Assembly (NCBI RefSeq): GCF_055900595.2
Contig: NZ_CM148325.1
Reading direction: 5' to 3' (one strand)
Length of the DNA: 64,000 nucleotides
The notes below the pieces were generated by a model that worked only from the letters and a program-made list of their open reading frames with translations, made no database searches and was not told the DNA's origin. Position numbers and translations under genes: made by a program. Below, piece by piece: positions 37,953-52,136 of the stretch. Every line of letters begins with the position of its first letter. The stretch's first letter is position 1.

Positions 37953-37980
37953 AAAAGGGGAATTAAATTCCCCTTTTTTA
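37953..37980 (+). terminator. rraA intrinsic terminator; left edge of the rraA-zapB islet
   Basis: aaggggaattaaattcccctt hairpin followed by ttttta. Confidence 0.7.
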
Positions 37981-38194
37981 TATGCAAAATATTCATAAAG
38001 ACTATCGTTTGTTTTTATTTAATTCATTTTAAATATCAATAGTTCACATCTGACAATATAAATTAATTATCGATAAATCATTTCATAAAAATATGCAGCA
38101 TTAAAAATTAATGCTATATGGTAAATTAACTATTCTGGGAATAGGGATATGAATCATCGTTAGTAGCGAACGTATTATATAATAAGGGATTGAT

Positions 38195-38911
38195 ATGAGA
38201 TACGTTATCTTATTAATACTATGGATAATAACTACTTTTCTTAGTCATCTTCAGCACAGCAACCTACTGTCTGGAGATCCTGGCATGGTTGGCGAGTATA
38301 TCGGTTCAGTATTTCTGGGGCCGTTGTTACTTCCCGTGCTTGTGTCAGGTATTCTGTGCGCATTTATTAAAAAAAAACGTAACTTCGCCAGTTTTACTCG
38401 CGGGTGCTGTTGGGTATTGGGAATCCTGCTTTTATCCAAAGTCGGCAATACGTTTCGTATGTTTACCCCGTGGCAATATACCTTTGAGAATGCTGCGATA
38501 ACAGTGACTATCCCGAACCGACACTGGAATACGGTTTCCATTAGTACTAATAAAACCATTGATATAAGAAGTGAGGATAATAGCGTCTTCATTTCTGCTT
38601 TCCGCCTGCCCGCAGGACGTAGCGCCGATGACCCGCTGGAAGCGTTAAAGAAGAAGCAGCGAGACAATCTCAAGGATCAATACAATGAGGAAGCCTTCCA
38701 GTTTCATGATTGTAATGCCAAACATTTCACCTGTAAGTATCAGGATGTGTTGATAAATTTTGATGGTCAGCAGAAAAGAACCATCAGTGTTTATCTTGAA
38801 GACACCCCCAGGGCTGTGGGGATCATTGCATTAATGGCGCCAGATACGGCAGATAAATATCGCCAACAGGCGATGGAGATTATGCTTTCCGCTAAAAATG
38901 CAGTGAAGTAA
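38195..38911 (+). CDS. Hypothetical membrane protein (three predicted TM helices plus ~150-aa soluble C-terminal domain); strain-specific insertion
   Basis: 238-aa ORF in a strongly AT-rich segment flanked by the rraA and zapB terminators; hydrophobic stretches at about residues 3-16, 33-56 and 70-82; no recognisable motif. Confidence 0.55.
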   Translation: MRYVILLILWIITTFLSHLQHSNLLSGDPGMVGEYIGSVFLGPLLLPVLVSGILCAFIKKKRNFASFTRGCCWVLGILLLSKVGNTFRMFTPWQYTFENAAITVTIPNRHWNTVSISTNKTIDIRSEDNSVFISAFRLPAGRSADDPLEALKKKQRDNLKDQYNEEAFQFHDCNAKHFTCKYQDVLINFDGQQKRTISVYLEDTPRAVGIIALMAPDTADKYRQQAMEIMLSAKNAVK

Positions 38912-38937
38912 AAAATAAGGCGCCTTGCGGCGCCTCT
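38911..38937 (-). terminator. zapB intrinsic terminator; right edge of the rraA-zapB islet
   Basis: aggcgccttgcggcgcct hairpin with a T-run on the minus strand (aaaaat on plus). Confidence 0.6.
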
Positions 38938-38949
38938 GCGTGGAAGAGA

Positions 38950-41997
<3,048 letters not shown>

Positions 41998-42032
41998 TAT
42001 CAGGCATCTGAACCAATTGCCTGATACTGATC

Positions 42033-42125
42033 GCCTGATGCGACGCTTACGCGTCTTATCAGGCCTACGAGCCGATGCCATTTTGTGTAGGCCGTATAAG
42101 GCGTTCACGCCGCATCCGGCATGTC
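42033..42125. repeat. REP/BIME cluster in the glpK-glpX intergenic region
   Basis: Multiple gcctgatgcgacgct…tatcaggcctac and ggcgttcacgccgcatccggca palindromic units. Confidence 0.75.
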
Positions 42126-42227
42126 GTAGACTCTGAAATCGTGCGGGGGCAACCCCCGCACACATCAATAATCCTGCCCTTCCCCTGTGCTACACTTCGC
42201 GCCATTCCTTACTGCTTAGAGTTTGCT

Positions 42228-43238
42228 ATGAGACGAGAACTTGCCATCGAATTTTCCCGCGTCACCGAATCTGCGGCGCTGGCTGGCTACAAATGGTTAG
42301 GACGCGGCGATAAAAACACCGCGGACGGCGCAGCGGTTAACGCCATGCGCATTATGCTCAACCAGGTCAACATTGACGGTACCATCGTCATTGGTGAAGG
42401 TGAAATCGACGAAGCGCCGATGCTCTACATTGGTGAAAAAGTCGGTACCGGTCGCGGCGATGCGGTAGATATTGCTGTTGATCCGATTGAAGGCACGCGC
42501 ATGACAGCGATGGGCCAGGCTAACGCGCTGGCGGTGCTGGCAGTAGGCGATAAAGGCTGCTTCCTCAACGCGCCAGATATGTATATGGAGAAGCTGATCG
42601 TCGGACCGGGAGCCAAAGGCACCATTGACCTGAACCTGCCGCTGGCGGATAACCTGCGCAATGTTGCGGCGGCGCTCGGCAAACCGTTGAGCGAACTGAC
42701 GGTAACGATTCTGGCAAAACCGCGCCACGATGCCGTTATCGCAGAAATGCAGCAACTCGGCGTGCGCGTATTTGCTATTCCGGATGGCGATGTGGCAGCC
42801 TCAATTCTCACCTGTATGCCAGACAGCGAAGTTGACGTGCTGTACGGTATTGGTGGCGCGCCGGAAGGCGTGGTTTCTGCGGCGGTGATCCGCGCATTAG
42901 ATGGCGACATGAATGGTCGTCTGCTGGCACGTCATGACGTCAAAGGCGACAACGAAGAAAATCGCCGCATTGGCGAGCAGGAGCTGGCGCGCTGCAAAGC
43001 GATGGGCATCGAAGCGGGTAAAGTGTTGCGTCTGGGCGATATGGCGCGCAGCGACAACGTCATCTTTTCTGCCACTGGCATCACCAAAGGTGATCTGCTG
43101 GAAGGTATTAGCCGCAAAGGCAATATCGCCACCACCGAAACACTGCTGATCCGCGGTAAATCACGCACCATTCGTCGCATTCAATCCATCCACTATCTGG
43201 ATCGTAAAGACCCGGAAATGCAGGTGCACATTCTCTGA
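42228..43238 (+). CDS. glpX: Fructose-1,6-bisphosphatase class II
   Basis: MRRELAIEFSRVTESAALAGYKWLGRGDKN… 336 aa. Confidence 0.9.
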   Translation: MRRELAIEFSRVTESAALAGYKWLGRGDKNTADGAAVNAMRIMLNQVNIDGTIVIGEGEIDEAPMLYIGEKVGTGRGDAVDIAVDPIEGTRMTAMGQANALAVLAVGDKGCFLNAPDMYMEKLIVGPGAKGTIDLNLPLADNLRNVAAALGKPLSELTVTILAKPRHDAVIAEMQQLGVRVFAIPDGDVAASILTCMPDSEVDVLYGIGGAPEGVVSAAVIRALDGDMNGRLLARHDVKGDNEENRRIGEQELARCKAMGIEAGKVLRLGDMARSDNVIFSATGITKGDLLEGISRKGNIATTETLLIRGKSRTIRRIQSIHYLDRKDPEMQVHIL

Positions 43239-43257
43239 GTGATTTGATCGATTGAGC

Positions 43258-43290
43258 CTTCCAGTCCTTCGGGACTGGAATTTTTTTGTT
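43258..43290 (+). terminator. glpX intrinsic terminator
   Basis: ccagtccttcgggactgg hairpin followed by aattttttt. Confidence 0.7.
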
Positions 43291-43334
43291 CGGAGAACGA
43301 AGATAAGGCAAGTCAATCAAAACAGGAGAAAAAC

Positions 43335-44081
43335 ATGGCTGATTGGGTAACAGGCAAAGTCACTAAAGTGCAGAACTGGACCGACGCCCTGTTTAGTCTC
43401 ACCGTTCACGCTCCCGTGCTTCCATTTACTGCCGGGCAATTCACCAAACTAGGCCTTGAAATTGACGGCGAACGCGTCCAGCGTGCCTATTCCTACGTTA
43501 ACTCTCCTGATAATCCCGATCTGGAGTTTTACCTGGTGACCGTCCCCGATGGCAAATTAAGCCCACGACTGGCGGCACTGAAACCGGGCGATGAAGTGCA
43601 GGTGGTTAGCGAAGCAGCTGGCTTCTTTGTGCTGGATGAAGTACCAGATTGCGAAACGCTATGGATGCTGGCAACCGGTACAGCGATTGGCCCTTATTTA
43701 TCAATTCTGCAACTGGGCAAAGATTTAGATCGCTTCAAAAATCTGGTTCTGGTTCACGCCGCACGTTATGCTGCCGACTTAAGTTATCTGCCACTGATGC
43801 AAGAACTGGAAAAACGCTACGAAGGGAAACTGCGCATTCAGAAGGTGGTCAGTCGGGAAACGGCGGCGGGTTCGCTCACCGGGCGAATACCGGCGTTAAT
43901 TGAAAGTGGTGAACTGGAAAGTGCGGTGGGCTTGCCGATGGATAAAGAAACCAGCCATGTGATGCTGTGCGGCAATCCACAGATGGTTCGCGATACGCAA
44001 CAGTTGCTAAAAGAAACCCGGCAGATGACGAAACATTTACGTCGTCGACCGGGCCATATGACAGCGGAGCATTACTGGTAA
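43335..44081 (+). CDS. fpr: Ferredoxin/flavodoxin-NADP+ reductase
   Basis: MADWVTGKVTKVQNWTDALFSLTVHAPVLPFTAGQFTKLGLEI… 248 aa. Confidence 0.9.
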   Translation: MADWVTGKVTKVQNWTDALFSLTVHAPVLPFTAGQFTKLGLEIDGERVQRAYSYVNSPDNPDLEFYLVTVPDGKLSPRLAALKPGDEVQVVSEAAGFFVLDEVPDCETLWMLATGTAIGPYLSILQLGKDLDRFKNLVLVHAARYAADLSYLPLMQELEKRYEGKLRIQKVVSRETAAGSLTGRIPALIESGELESAVGLPMDKETSHVMLCGNPQMVRDTQQLLKETRQMTKHLRRRPGHMTAEHYW

Positions 44082-44085
44082 GCGG

Positions 44086-44514
44086 TTACTTATCGATAAA
44101 CGGCACGATGAGCAGATCCGCTTTCAACTTATTGATCATCCCGCGGTATGCTGGCATCAAACGGTTGATAAATGAGTGGTGATGACCACAGACAAGGAGG
44201 TCGCACTGCTCTTGTTGCATAATATCCAGCAGTGTTTCCGGCATTTCCCCACGTTCAATACGCAGTTTTGTCTTCGGCCATTGAATATTTTTCGTCAGTT
44301 TATACAGCTTGTTATCCGACTTATTCTTCAACAATTGAAGAATATCCTCTGTTGCAGGGAAGTAGATACCCGGATACAACTCGCTTAAGCCATCATCAAT
44401 ATGAATTAACGTCAGGTGAGCGTCATTATGTCTGGCGAGCTCCAGGGCTTTATTCACCAGTAAGGCATCTTCTTCATTCCCGGAAATTGCCACGCCAATG
44501 TGTTTATAAGCCAT
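44086..44514 (-). CDS. uspD: Universal stress protein D
   Basis: [42 protein letters not shown]… 142 aa. Confidence 0.85.
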   Translation of the reverse strand: MAYKHIGVAISGNEEDALLVNKALELARHNDAHLTLIHIDDGLSELYPGIYFPATEDILQLLKNKSDNKLYKLTKNIQWPKTKLRIERGEMPETLLDIMQQEQCDLLVCGHHHSFINRLMPAYRGMINKLKADLLIVPFIDK

Positions 44515-44540
44515 GTTTAACTCCTTCTAAAGCAACTCCA

Positions 44541-44840
44541 TCAAGCTAACGAACGCAGTGATAACTCAAAAATAATCATCTCGGCCTGGCATGAGAAGGT
44601 GAAGGCCGCATCAAGCTCAACTTGCCCCTCCAGATCCTTAATCTTATAGGCCACGCTGGCCCCTTCATCCGCAGAGGATGCAGCGGCGGCAAGCTCTTTC
44701 AGTTTAGTCATAAAGGACTCTGCTTCTTCGCGGGTGGCAAAAAAGCGCGAAAACTTACTGGTACAGTTGTCGTTATCAATCACCGTACCGATATCAATCG
44801 CACATCCTTTAGTACTGCATTTATCTACGACATCTTTCAT
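44541..44840 (-). CDS. yiiS: DUF406/UPF0381 family protein YiiS
   Basis: 99-aa ORF; synteny next to uspD. Confidence 0.8.
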   Translation of the reverse strand: MKDVVDKCSTKGCAIDIGTVIDNDNCTSKFSRFFATREEAESFMTKLKELAAAASSADEGASVAYKIKDLEGQVELDAAFTFSCQAEMIIFELSLRSLA

Positions 44841-45052
44841 AGGGCACCTCTGTATATTCGCCTCTCTGTCGATTACGACTTAAGAATAATGCGCCGTTAA
44901 GGGAAGAACAAACAAGTAATGATCTTATGGATTACCATTTTTTTTGATATTGCTTAAGGTGAAGAGATCAGAAGGATTTTCCGGGCATTGTCATTTTCAA
45001 CGTGGAAATAACAAACCCGGAAAAAAAATAGCAGTAAGAGATATATTAAAGG

Positions 45053-45493
45053 TTAATTACTTGATTTATTGTCGGCTTTATACTTCACATCCTGAGTGTC
45101 TTTACCATATTTATTTTCGCCTTGTGTGCCAACAAACGCACCAAGATCGATAAGCATCATCACCAGAATCAACGTCGGGACAAAACGCCCCACCGCCCAT
45201 TGCCAGACACCAGGTAAAATCGCCCAGTTACCCGCCAGCAGCATCCACGCCACAATCATCAGAAATGCCCATGCGCCGGAACGCCCGCGATCATGCAAGC
45301 GCTTAACGGTTACTGCCGCTGTTGGCCAAAGCAAGCACACAAGGCAAAACGCCGCGGTCTGAATATCGAGTAAATTTTTACCCGCCAGTGAGAAAAGCAC
45401 CAGCATGCCTGCGAACCACAGGCCTATCCAAATCCAGAAATCACGGCGTCCAATACGCCCTTTAAATGAAAATAACCATTGCTGTATGGTCAT
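45053..45493 (-). CDS. yiiR: DUF805 inner membrane protein YiiR
   Basis: 146-aa ORF with TM helices; synteny. Confidence 0.8.
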   Translation of the reverse strand: MTIQQWLFSFKGRIGRRDFWIWIGLWFAGMLVLFSLAGKNLLDIQTAAFCLVCLLWPTAAVTVKRLHDRGRSGAWAFLMIVAWMLLAGNWAILPGVWQWAVGRFVPTLILVMMLIDLGAFVGTQGENKYGKDTQDVKYKADNKSSN

Positions 45494-45593
45494 GTAAGTT
45501 CCTTGATGGTTGTCTTTTCCGGGATTCTACCCTTTTGACAAGGGCGACAGATATCGTTTTAATCGGAGCCAGTCATAACAAAAGGTACTGTCA

Positions 45594-46193
45594 ATGAAGC
45601 CAGGGTGTACGCTGTTTTTTCTCTTATGTTCTGCATTAACCGTTACAACAGCGGCGCATGCACAAACACCAGGTACGGCAACGACCGCGCCTTATCTGCT
45701 GGCTGGAGCCCCTACTTTCGATCTCTCCATCAGCCAGTTTCGAGAAGACTTTAACAGCCAGAACCCCAGCCTGCCACTGAACGAATTTCGTGCCATCGAC
45801 AGCAGTCCCGACAAAGCCAATCTCACTCGTGCTGCAAGTAAAATTAATGAGAACTTGTATGCTTCTACAGCGCTGGAGCGCGGTACCTTAAAAATCAAAA
45901 GCATTCAAATGACCTGGCTACCTATCCAGGGGCCAGAGCAAAAAGCCGCGAAAGCGAAAGCTCAGGAATACATGGCAGCGGTGATCCGCACACTCACCCC
46001 ATTAATGACCAAAACACAAAGCCAGAAAAAACTGCAGTCGCTACTAACGGCGGGGAAAAACAAACGTTATTACACCGAGACCGAAGGTGCACTGCGCTAT
46101 GTTGTCGCGGACAACGGCGAAAAGGGACTGACCTTCGCTGTTGAACCGATTAAGCTGGCGCTATCTGAATCGCTTGAAGGGTTGAATAAATGA
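45594..46193 (+). CDS. yiiQ: DUF1454 periplasmic protein YiiQ
   Basis: 199-aa ORF with signal peptide; synteny upstream of tpiA. Confidence 0.8.
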   Translation: MKPGCTLFFLLCSALTVTTAAHAQTPGTATTAPYLLAGAPTFDLSISQFREDFNSQNPSLPLNEFRAIDSSPDKANLTRAASKINENLYASTALERGTLKIKSIQMTWLPIQGPEQKAAKAKAQEYMAAVIRTLTPLMTKTQSQKKLQSLLTAGKNKRYYTETEGALRYVVADNGEKGLTFAVEPIKLALSESLEGLNK

Positions 46194-46300
46194 CAAAAAG
46201 CAAAGCCTTTCCGCGGATGAATCTCTATACTGTTTCACAGACCTGCTGCCCTGCGGGGCGGCCATCTTCCTTTATTCGCTTATAAGCGTGGAGAATTAAA

Positions 46301-47068
46301 ATGCGACATCCTTTAGTGATGGGTAACTGGAAACTGAACGGCAGCCGCCACATGGTTCATGAGCTGGTTTCTAACCTGCGTAAAGAGCTGGCAGGCGTTG
46401 CTGGCTGTGCGGTTGCAATCGCACCACCGGAAATGTACATCGATATGGCGAAGCGTGAAGCTGAAGGCAGCCACATCATGCTGGGTGCGCAGAACGTGGA
46501 TCTGAACCTGTCCGGCGCATTCACCGGTGAAACCTCTGCTGCTATGCTGAAAGACATCGGCGCACAGTACATCATCATCGGTCACTCTGAACGTCGTACT
46601 TATCACAAAGAGTCTGACGAACTGATCGCGAAAAAATTCGCGGTGCTGAAAGAGCAGGGTCTGACTCCGGTTCTGTGCATCGGTGAAACCGAAGCTGAAA
46701 ACGAAGCGGGCAAAACTGAAGAAGTTTGCGCACGTCAGATTGACGCAGTGCTAAAAACTCAGGGTGCTGCAGCATTCGAAGGTGCGGTAATCGCTTACGA
46801 ACCAGTATGGGCAATCGGTACTGGCAAATCGGCAACTCCGGCGCAGGCACAGGCTGTTCACAAATTCATCCGTGACCACATCGCTAAAGTTGACGCTAAC
46901 ATCGCTGAACAAGTGATCATCCAGTACGGCGGCTCTGTAAACGCGTCTAACGCTGCAGAACTGTTTGCTCAGCCAGACATCGACGGCGCGCTGGTTGGCG
47001 GTGCTTCTCTGAAAGCTGACGCTTTCGCAGTGATCGTTAAAGCTGCAGAAGCGGCTAAACAGGCTTAA
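46301..47068 (+). CDS. tpiA: Triosephosphate isomerase
   Basis: [32 protein letters not shown]… 255 aa. Confidence 0.95.
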
Positions 47069-47077
47069 GTCTGACAG

Positions 47078-47105
47078 GTGCCGGATTTCATATCCGGCAC
47101 TTACT
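47078..47105 (+). terminator. tpiA intrinsic terminator
   Basis: gtgccggatttcatatccggcac hairpin followed by a T-rich tract. Confidence 0.65.
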
Positions 47106-47122
47106 TTCCTTAACTCCTCGCC

Positions 47123-47878
47123 TTAACGCAAAATCTCACACTGATGATCCTGGATTTCCTCGGCTGAAGCACGGTTCAGCGTCAGTAGATTTCGTTGTGT
47201 CGCCAGCAACACAAACGAATTATCACTCTGCCGCACCATCGCCAGCCCGTAGCTTCCCATATGTTCCCGCGCCTCAGGCACTTCTTCTGCAAGCATCATA
47301 AATGGGCTGCGTTGTACCAGTTCGCTTTCCGTTACCCGACGCGCCAGGTATTCATGCCCGTGCAAACCACCTGGCAGTGGCAACCAGCGGCTGCTGATGT
47401 TCGCCAGATTGTTATCCAGCTGTTCGCGCACATCAGGACGAATACAAGAGATATGAATATGAAAATGGTTTTGCGTACGCCCGGTGCGAGAGTTGATCGC
47501 CAAAGAAACCGCGCGATCGGGAACCGGCTGGCCGTATTTTTTGCTCATAAAATCACGCGCCTGCCAGGCCAACCAAAAGAAGTTCGGCGTTGAAGGATCG
47601 GTCAACAAAGGACTTTCAGTACCGTTAATACGATACGTTGGCATCAACAGATATTGCAGTGGGCCATTAAGATCTTTTAAAACCACGTATCCGGCATTAG
47701 GTTTGACTTCCGCACATGGCGAAGGATTTTGATTTTGCTGCTGATTGGGCAAACATTCCTCAAGGACAATCTTACGTAATGTATCCGACTCTTCACCGGT
47801 TAATTTCCAGTAACCAATACCGGCAGCCACAACGGCGATAACTATCATCACCAAAAAAAGAAGACCCGCTTTTTTCAT
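47123..47878 (-). CDS. cdh: CDP-diacylglycerol pyrophosphatase
   Basis: [26 protein letters not shown]… 251 aa; the ORF track start at 48070 is an upstream extension. Confidence 0.85.
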   Translation of the reverse strand: MKKAGLLFLVMIVIAVVAAGIGYWKLTGEESDTLRKIVLEECLPNQQQNQNPSPCAEVKPNAGYVVLKDLNGPLQYLLMPTYRINGTESPLLTDPSTPNFFWLAWQARDFMSKKYGQPVPDRAVSLAINSRTGRTQNHFHIHISCIRPDVREQLDNNLANISSRWLPLPGGLHGHEYLARRVTESELVQRSPFMMLAEEVPEAREHMGSYGLAMVRQSDNSFVLLATQRNLLTLNRASAEEIQDHQCEILR

Positions 47879-47984
47879 CTTTTTTTCCCTGTACCTCAAA
47901 GAGATGCAAGGGTAACGCAAAATCGTGACAAATAAAAAACCCGGTCGCGAGAAACCACCGGGTTTGATAATTATCCTGGGGAAA

Positions 47985-48974
47985 TCAGCGTTTGCTGATC
48001 TGATCGAACGTACCGCCGTTAGCAAAATGCTCTTTTTGCGCTTTCGTCCAGCCGCCGAACTCTTCATCAATGGTGAATAACTTCAATTTTGGAAACGCAT
48101 TTTCGTACTTTTTCGCTACCTCAGCGTCGCGCGGACGGTAGTAGTTTTTCGCGGCAATTTCCTGACCTTCTGGCGAGTAGAGATATTTCAGGTAGGCTTC
48201 CGCCACCTCTTTAGTACCTTTTTTCTCAACCACTTTATCGACCACCGACACGGTTGGCTCTGCGAGAATAGACTCACTCGGCGTGACGATTTCGAATTTA
48301 TCTTTCCCCAGTTCATTCGCTGCCAGTAGAGCTTCGTTTTCCCAGGCGATCAGCACATCGCCAATCCCACGCTCGACAAAAGTGTTAGTGGAGCCGCGCG
48401 CACCAGAATCCAGAACTTCGACGTTTTTATACAGTGCCCGAACAAAATCCTGCGCTTTTGCCTGATCGTTGTTGTTGTGGTGCAGCGCGTAGCCCCAGGC
48501 AGCCAGGTAGTTCCAGCGCGCGCCACCAGAGCTTTTCGGATTAGGCGTGATCACCGAAACACCCGGTTTAATCAGATCGTTCCAGTCATGGATCTGCTTC
48601 GGATTGCCCTTACGTACCAGGAAAACAATAGTGGAAGTGTACGGTGCGGAGTTATCCGGCAGACGTTTGATCCACTCTTTATCAATCCGCCCGCGTTCCG
48701 CAATTGCGTCCACGTCATAGGCCAGAGCCAGAGTGACAACATCAGCTTCAATACCATTGATTACCGACGTCGCTTGTTTGCCTGAACCACCGTGTGACTG
48801 ACGAATCACCACGTTATCGCCAGTTTGCTGTTTCCAGTGGGCGCTGAATGCCTTGTTGTACTGTTCGTACAATTCGCGCGTTGGATCATATGAAACGTTA
48901 AGAAGCTGAATATCCTTTGCCATAACGCTGGTTGCCGCCAGCAAAAATGTTAACCCTACGCCCCACTTGTTCAT
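47985..48974 (-). CDS. sbp: Periplasmic sulfate-binding protein
   Basis: [36 protein letters not shown]… 329 aa. Confidence 0.9.
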
Positions 48975-49139
48975 CGCCCGACTCTCTTATGTTGTGTTGT
49001 GATGAGCAAAGCGTGCCAGAAGGTTAACCAAACATTAAAGAATAAAAAAAGATTGGCTATAACTTGCGGGTATATGTTGGGGGATTAAAAAGGCGGAAGA
49101 AATCCGCCTCATATTGCTGACAAAGTGCGCTTTGTCCAT

Positions 49140-49250
49140 GCCATATGCGGCGCGAACGCCTTATACGGCCTACAAAAGTTTGCAAATTCAATAAATTGCA
49201 GAATTCATGTAGGCCTGGTAAGCGAAGCGCATCAGGCATTTTGCTTCTGT
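49140..49250. repeat. REP/BIME cluster in the sbp-pfkA intergenic region
   Basis: atgcggcgcgaacgccttatacggcctac … gtaggcctggtaagcgaagcgcatcaggca palindromic units. Confidence 0.7.
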
Positions 49251-49292
49251 CATCGGTTTCAGGCTAAAGGAATCTGCCTTTTTCCGAAATCA

Positions 49293-50255
49293 TTAATACA
49301 GTTTTTTCGCGCAGTCCAGCCAGTCGCCTTTGAACGGACGCTTCATGTTTTCGATAGCGTCGATGATGTCGTGGTGAACCAGCTGTTCGTTCTGGATACC
49401 TACACAACGACCGCCGTAACCTGCCAGCAGCAGTTCAATGGCGTAAGCACCCATACGGGAAGCCAGAATACGGTCGTAAGGCACCGGAGAACCACCGCGC
49501 TGAATGTGGCCCAACACAGTTGCACGGGTTTCACGACCGGTTTCTTTCTCGATGAAATGCGCCAGTTCGTCAACATCACACATATGTTCGGTAATCGCCA
49601 CGATCGCGTGTTTTTTACCTTTCGCGATACCCGCTTTGATTTCGTTTACCAGGTCTTCACGGCTGAATTCAACTTCCGGAACTACAACGAATTCACAGCC
49701 ACCGGCAATGGCCGCAGCCAGGGTCAGATCGCCACAATAACGACCCATCACTTCCACCACGGAAATACGCTGGTGAGAAGAAGAGGTGTCACGCAGACGG
49801 TCGATCGCTTCTACAACGGTGCTCAGCGCAGTGAAGAAACCGATAGTGTAGTCAGTGCCTTTGATGTCGTTGTCGATAGTGCCCGGCAGGCCGATGCACG
49901 GGAAGCCCATTTCGGTCAGACGCATTGCACCCATGTAGGAACCGTCACCACCGATAACCACCAGCGCGTCGATACCACGTTTTTTCAGGTTTTCGATAGC
50001 CACGGCGCGGATGTTCTCGTCGCGGAATTCCGGGAAACGCGCAGAACCGAGGAACGTACCGCCACGGTTGATCATGTCAGACACGCTGTAACGGTCTAGC
50101 TGTACCATACGGTCTTCATACAGACCCAGATAGCCGTCATAAATACCCATTACTTCCAGACCTTCTGTCAGCGCAGAACGAACAACCCCGCGAATTGCGG
50201 CGTTCATGCCTGGCGCATCACCGCCGCTTGTCAACACACCGATTTTCTTAATCAT
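49293..50255 (-). CDS. pfkA: 6-phosphofructokinase I
   Basis: [32 protein letters not shown]… 320 aa; the ORF track extends 32 codons upstream. Confidence 0.95.
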   Translation of the reverse strand: MIKKIGVLTSGGDAPGMNAAIRGVVRSALTEGLEVMGIYDGYLGLYEDRMVQLDRYSVSDMINRGGTFLGSARFPEFRDENIRAVAIENLKKRGIDALVVIGGDGSYMGAMRLTEMGFPCIGLPGTIDNDIKGTDYTIGFFTALSTVVEAIDRLRDTSSSHQRISVVEVMGRYCGDLTLAAAIAGGCEFVVVPEVEFSREDLVNEIKAGIAKGKKHAIVAITEHMCDVDELAHFIEKETGRETRATVLGHIQRGGSPVPYDRILASRMGAYAIELLLAGYGGRCVGIQNEQLVHHDIIDAIENMKRPFKGDWLDCAKKLY

Positions 50256-50435
50256 GACTACCTCTGAACTTTGGAATGCAAAATGAAATCTGTTGCCGGA
50301 AGTCTTCTTGCACATCGAAGTGATCCAACGAATGTGCAAATAGTATAACAATCACTTCCTGCTGAATTGATTCAGGTCAGGCCAAATGGCGGTATTTTAT
50401 ACACAAAATGCGGGTCTGGCTCTCTTTTATACTGA

Positions 50436-51338
50436 TTATGAAAGCATAGACCGTTTACCCTCCCTGGGTACGACGGAACAGGGATCCTGATGGATAATCA
50501 CATCCGATCCCGGAAAACGCCGTAAAATAGCCTGCTCTACCTGATCCGCCACCATATGTGCCTGAACCAAAGGCAGAGAGTCTTCCATTTCCAAATGAAT
50601 CTGAATAAAGCGGGTCGGCCCTGACTGCCGCGTGCGAAGATCGTGAGCGCCGCTAACACCCGGCCAGGAAGTCACGATATCAATAATTTCTTGCCGTTCC
50701 TCATCAGGTAATGCGCGATCCAGTAATGACTGTACCGCCTCATATCCCATGCGTAACGCGCTATATAAAATATAGATGCCGATTCCCAATGCAAACAGAG
50801 CATCGGCGCGATGCCAGCCGTACCAGGACAACCCCAGCGCCAGCAGAATTGCGCCGTTCATCATAACATCAGACTGGTAATGTAGCATATCAGCCCGCAC
50901 CGCCTGGCTTTGCGTCCGGCGCACCACCCACCGCTGAAACGAGACAAGGATAATCGTACAAATTAGCGCCACAATTGTCACGATAACCCCGACGCCTGGA
51001 TCTGTCATCGGTGTTGGAGATACCAGATGTTGAATACCCGTCAAAAACAGGAATAGTGCCGAACCGGAGATAAACATACTTTGCGCCAGCGCCGCGAGGG
51101 ACTCAGCTTTACCGTGACCAAACGAGTGATTATCGTCGGCAGGTTGCAGGGAATATCGCACCACCAGTAAATTCGTCAACGACGCGCCGATATCCACCAG
51201 CGAATCCACCAGCGCGGCGAGAATACTCACCGACCCGGTATACCACCATGCAAAAATTTTAATCAGCAATAGCAGCGAAGCCATCGCCGTTGCAGCAATC
51301 GCCGCCCGACTGACCAGCCGTCCATAAGATTGATTCAT
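50436..51338 (-). CDS. fieF: Cation diffusion facilitator FieF (YiiP), Fe/Zn efflux
   Basis: [47 protein letters not shown]… 300 aa. Confidence 0.9.
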   Translation of the reverse strand: MNQSYGRLVSRAAIAATAMASLLLLIKIFAWWYTGSVSILAALVDSLVDIGASLTNLLVVRYSLQPADDNHSFGHGKAESLAALAQSMFISGSALFLFLTGIQHLVSPTPMTDPGVGVIVTIVALICTIILVSFQRWVVRRTQSQAVRADMLHYQSDVMMNGAILLALGLSWYGWHRADALFALGIGIYILYSALRMGYEAVQSLLDRALPDEERQEIIDIVTSWPGVSGAHDLRTRQSGPTRFIQIHLEMEDSLPLVQAHMVADQVEQAILRRFPGSDVIIHQDPCSVVPREGKRSMLS

Positions 51339-51420
51339 AAATACTCCCGCTATCAACTGACGGTAGTATAACGGAAGCAAATCATCTGCAATGCATTAAG
51401 CAGTAGGCAAATTGAGGATA

Positions 51421-51480
51421 AAAAAAACCCCCACATCATGTGGGGGAAGACAGGGATGGTGTCTATGGCAAGGAAAACAG
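51421..51480 (-). ncRNA. cpxQ: Candidate CpxQ sRNA (3'-UTR-derived fragment of cpxP mRNA) including the cpxP terminator
   Basis: Position immediately downstream of the cpxP stop, ending in the cccccacatcatgtggggg hairpin plus U-run; assignment rests on K-12 knowledge, exact 5' end not determinable here. Confidence 0.45.
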
Positions 51481-51486
51481 GGTTTA

Positions 51487-51987
51487 CTACTGGGAACGTG
51501 AGTTGCTACTACTCAATAGCTTCAACGATGAACTTTTTTGCCATTGCGTCACGTCGCGCAACTGCTCCATTCGTTGTTGATGTTTCTCGTTTAAAACCGC
51601 TTGCTGCTCCGGCGTTAACAGGCGATACATTTGATTGCGGACTTTTGCCATCTCAACCTGACGAGCAATTTGCTCATTCGCCATTTTTTCTGCCTGTGCG
51701 CGCACAGCGTTTTCATCAAATTTTTCTGCGGTGACAAGGCGATGCATTGTCTCCAGTTCGCTAACATTAACAGGCGGCTGTTCGTGCCGGGCCTGTTGCA
51801 TAAGATCTCGCATCTGCTGACGCTGATGTTCGGTTAAACTTATGCCGTCGAACATATGGCTCTGCGTACTGCGCTGCGTAAGTTCTTCACCCGGATGCCA
51901 GTTATCGCCTGAACCGACTTCAGCAGCGTGGCTTAATGAACTGACTGCCAGCGTTGAGGCCATGACGGCAGCGGTAACTATGCGCAT
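51487..51987 (-). CDS. cpxP: Periplasmic stress adaptor protein CpxP
   Basis: [48 protein letters not shown]… with LTXXQ motifs; 166 aa. Confidence 0.9.
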   Translation of the reverse strand: MRIVTAAVMASTLAVSSLSHAAEVGSGDNWHPGEELTQRSTQSHMFDGISLTEHQRQQMRDLMQQARHEQPPVNVSELETMHRLVTAEKFDENAVRAQAEKMANEQIARQVEMAKVRNQMYRLLTPEQQAVLNEKHQQRMEQLRDVTQWQKSSSLKLLSSSNSRSQ

Positions 51988-52066
51988 CATTTGCTCCCAA
52001 AATCTTTCTGTCGCGATTCAACGATAGAGAGTTTACGATTCAGGCTGCAAACATGCGTCAGGGGGT

Positions 52067-52081
52067 GTAAAACAACGTAAA
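52067..52081. promoter_or_regulatory. CpxR-P binding box in the divergent cpxP/cpxRA promoter region
   Basis: gtaaa-acaac-gtaaa equals the GTAAA-N5-GTAAA CpxR consensus. Confidence 0.7.
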
Positions 52082-52136
52082 GTCATGGATTAGCGACGTC
52101 TGATGACGTAATTTCTGCCTCGGAGGTATTTAAACA

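Noticed and set aside
49125-50099. 324-aa plus-strand ORF overlapping pfkA
   Set aside because: Antisense to pfkA, beginning inside the REP cluster; translation lacks any recognisable domain
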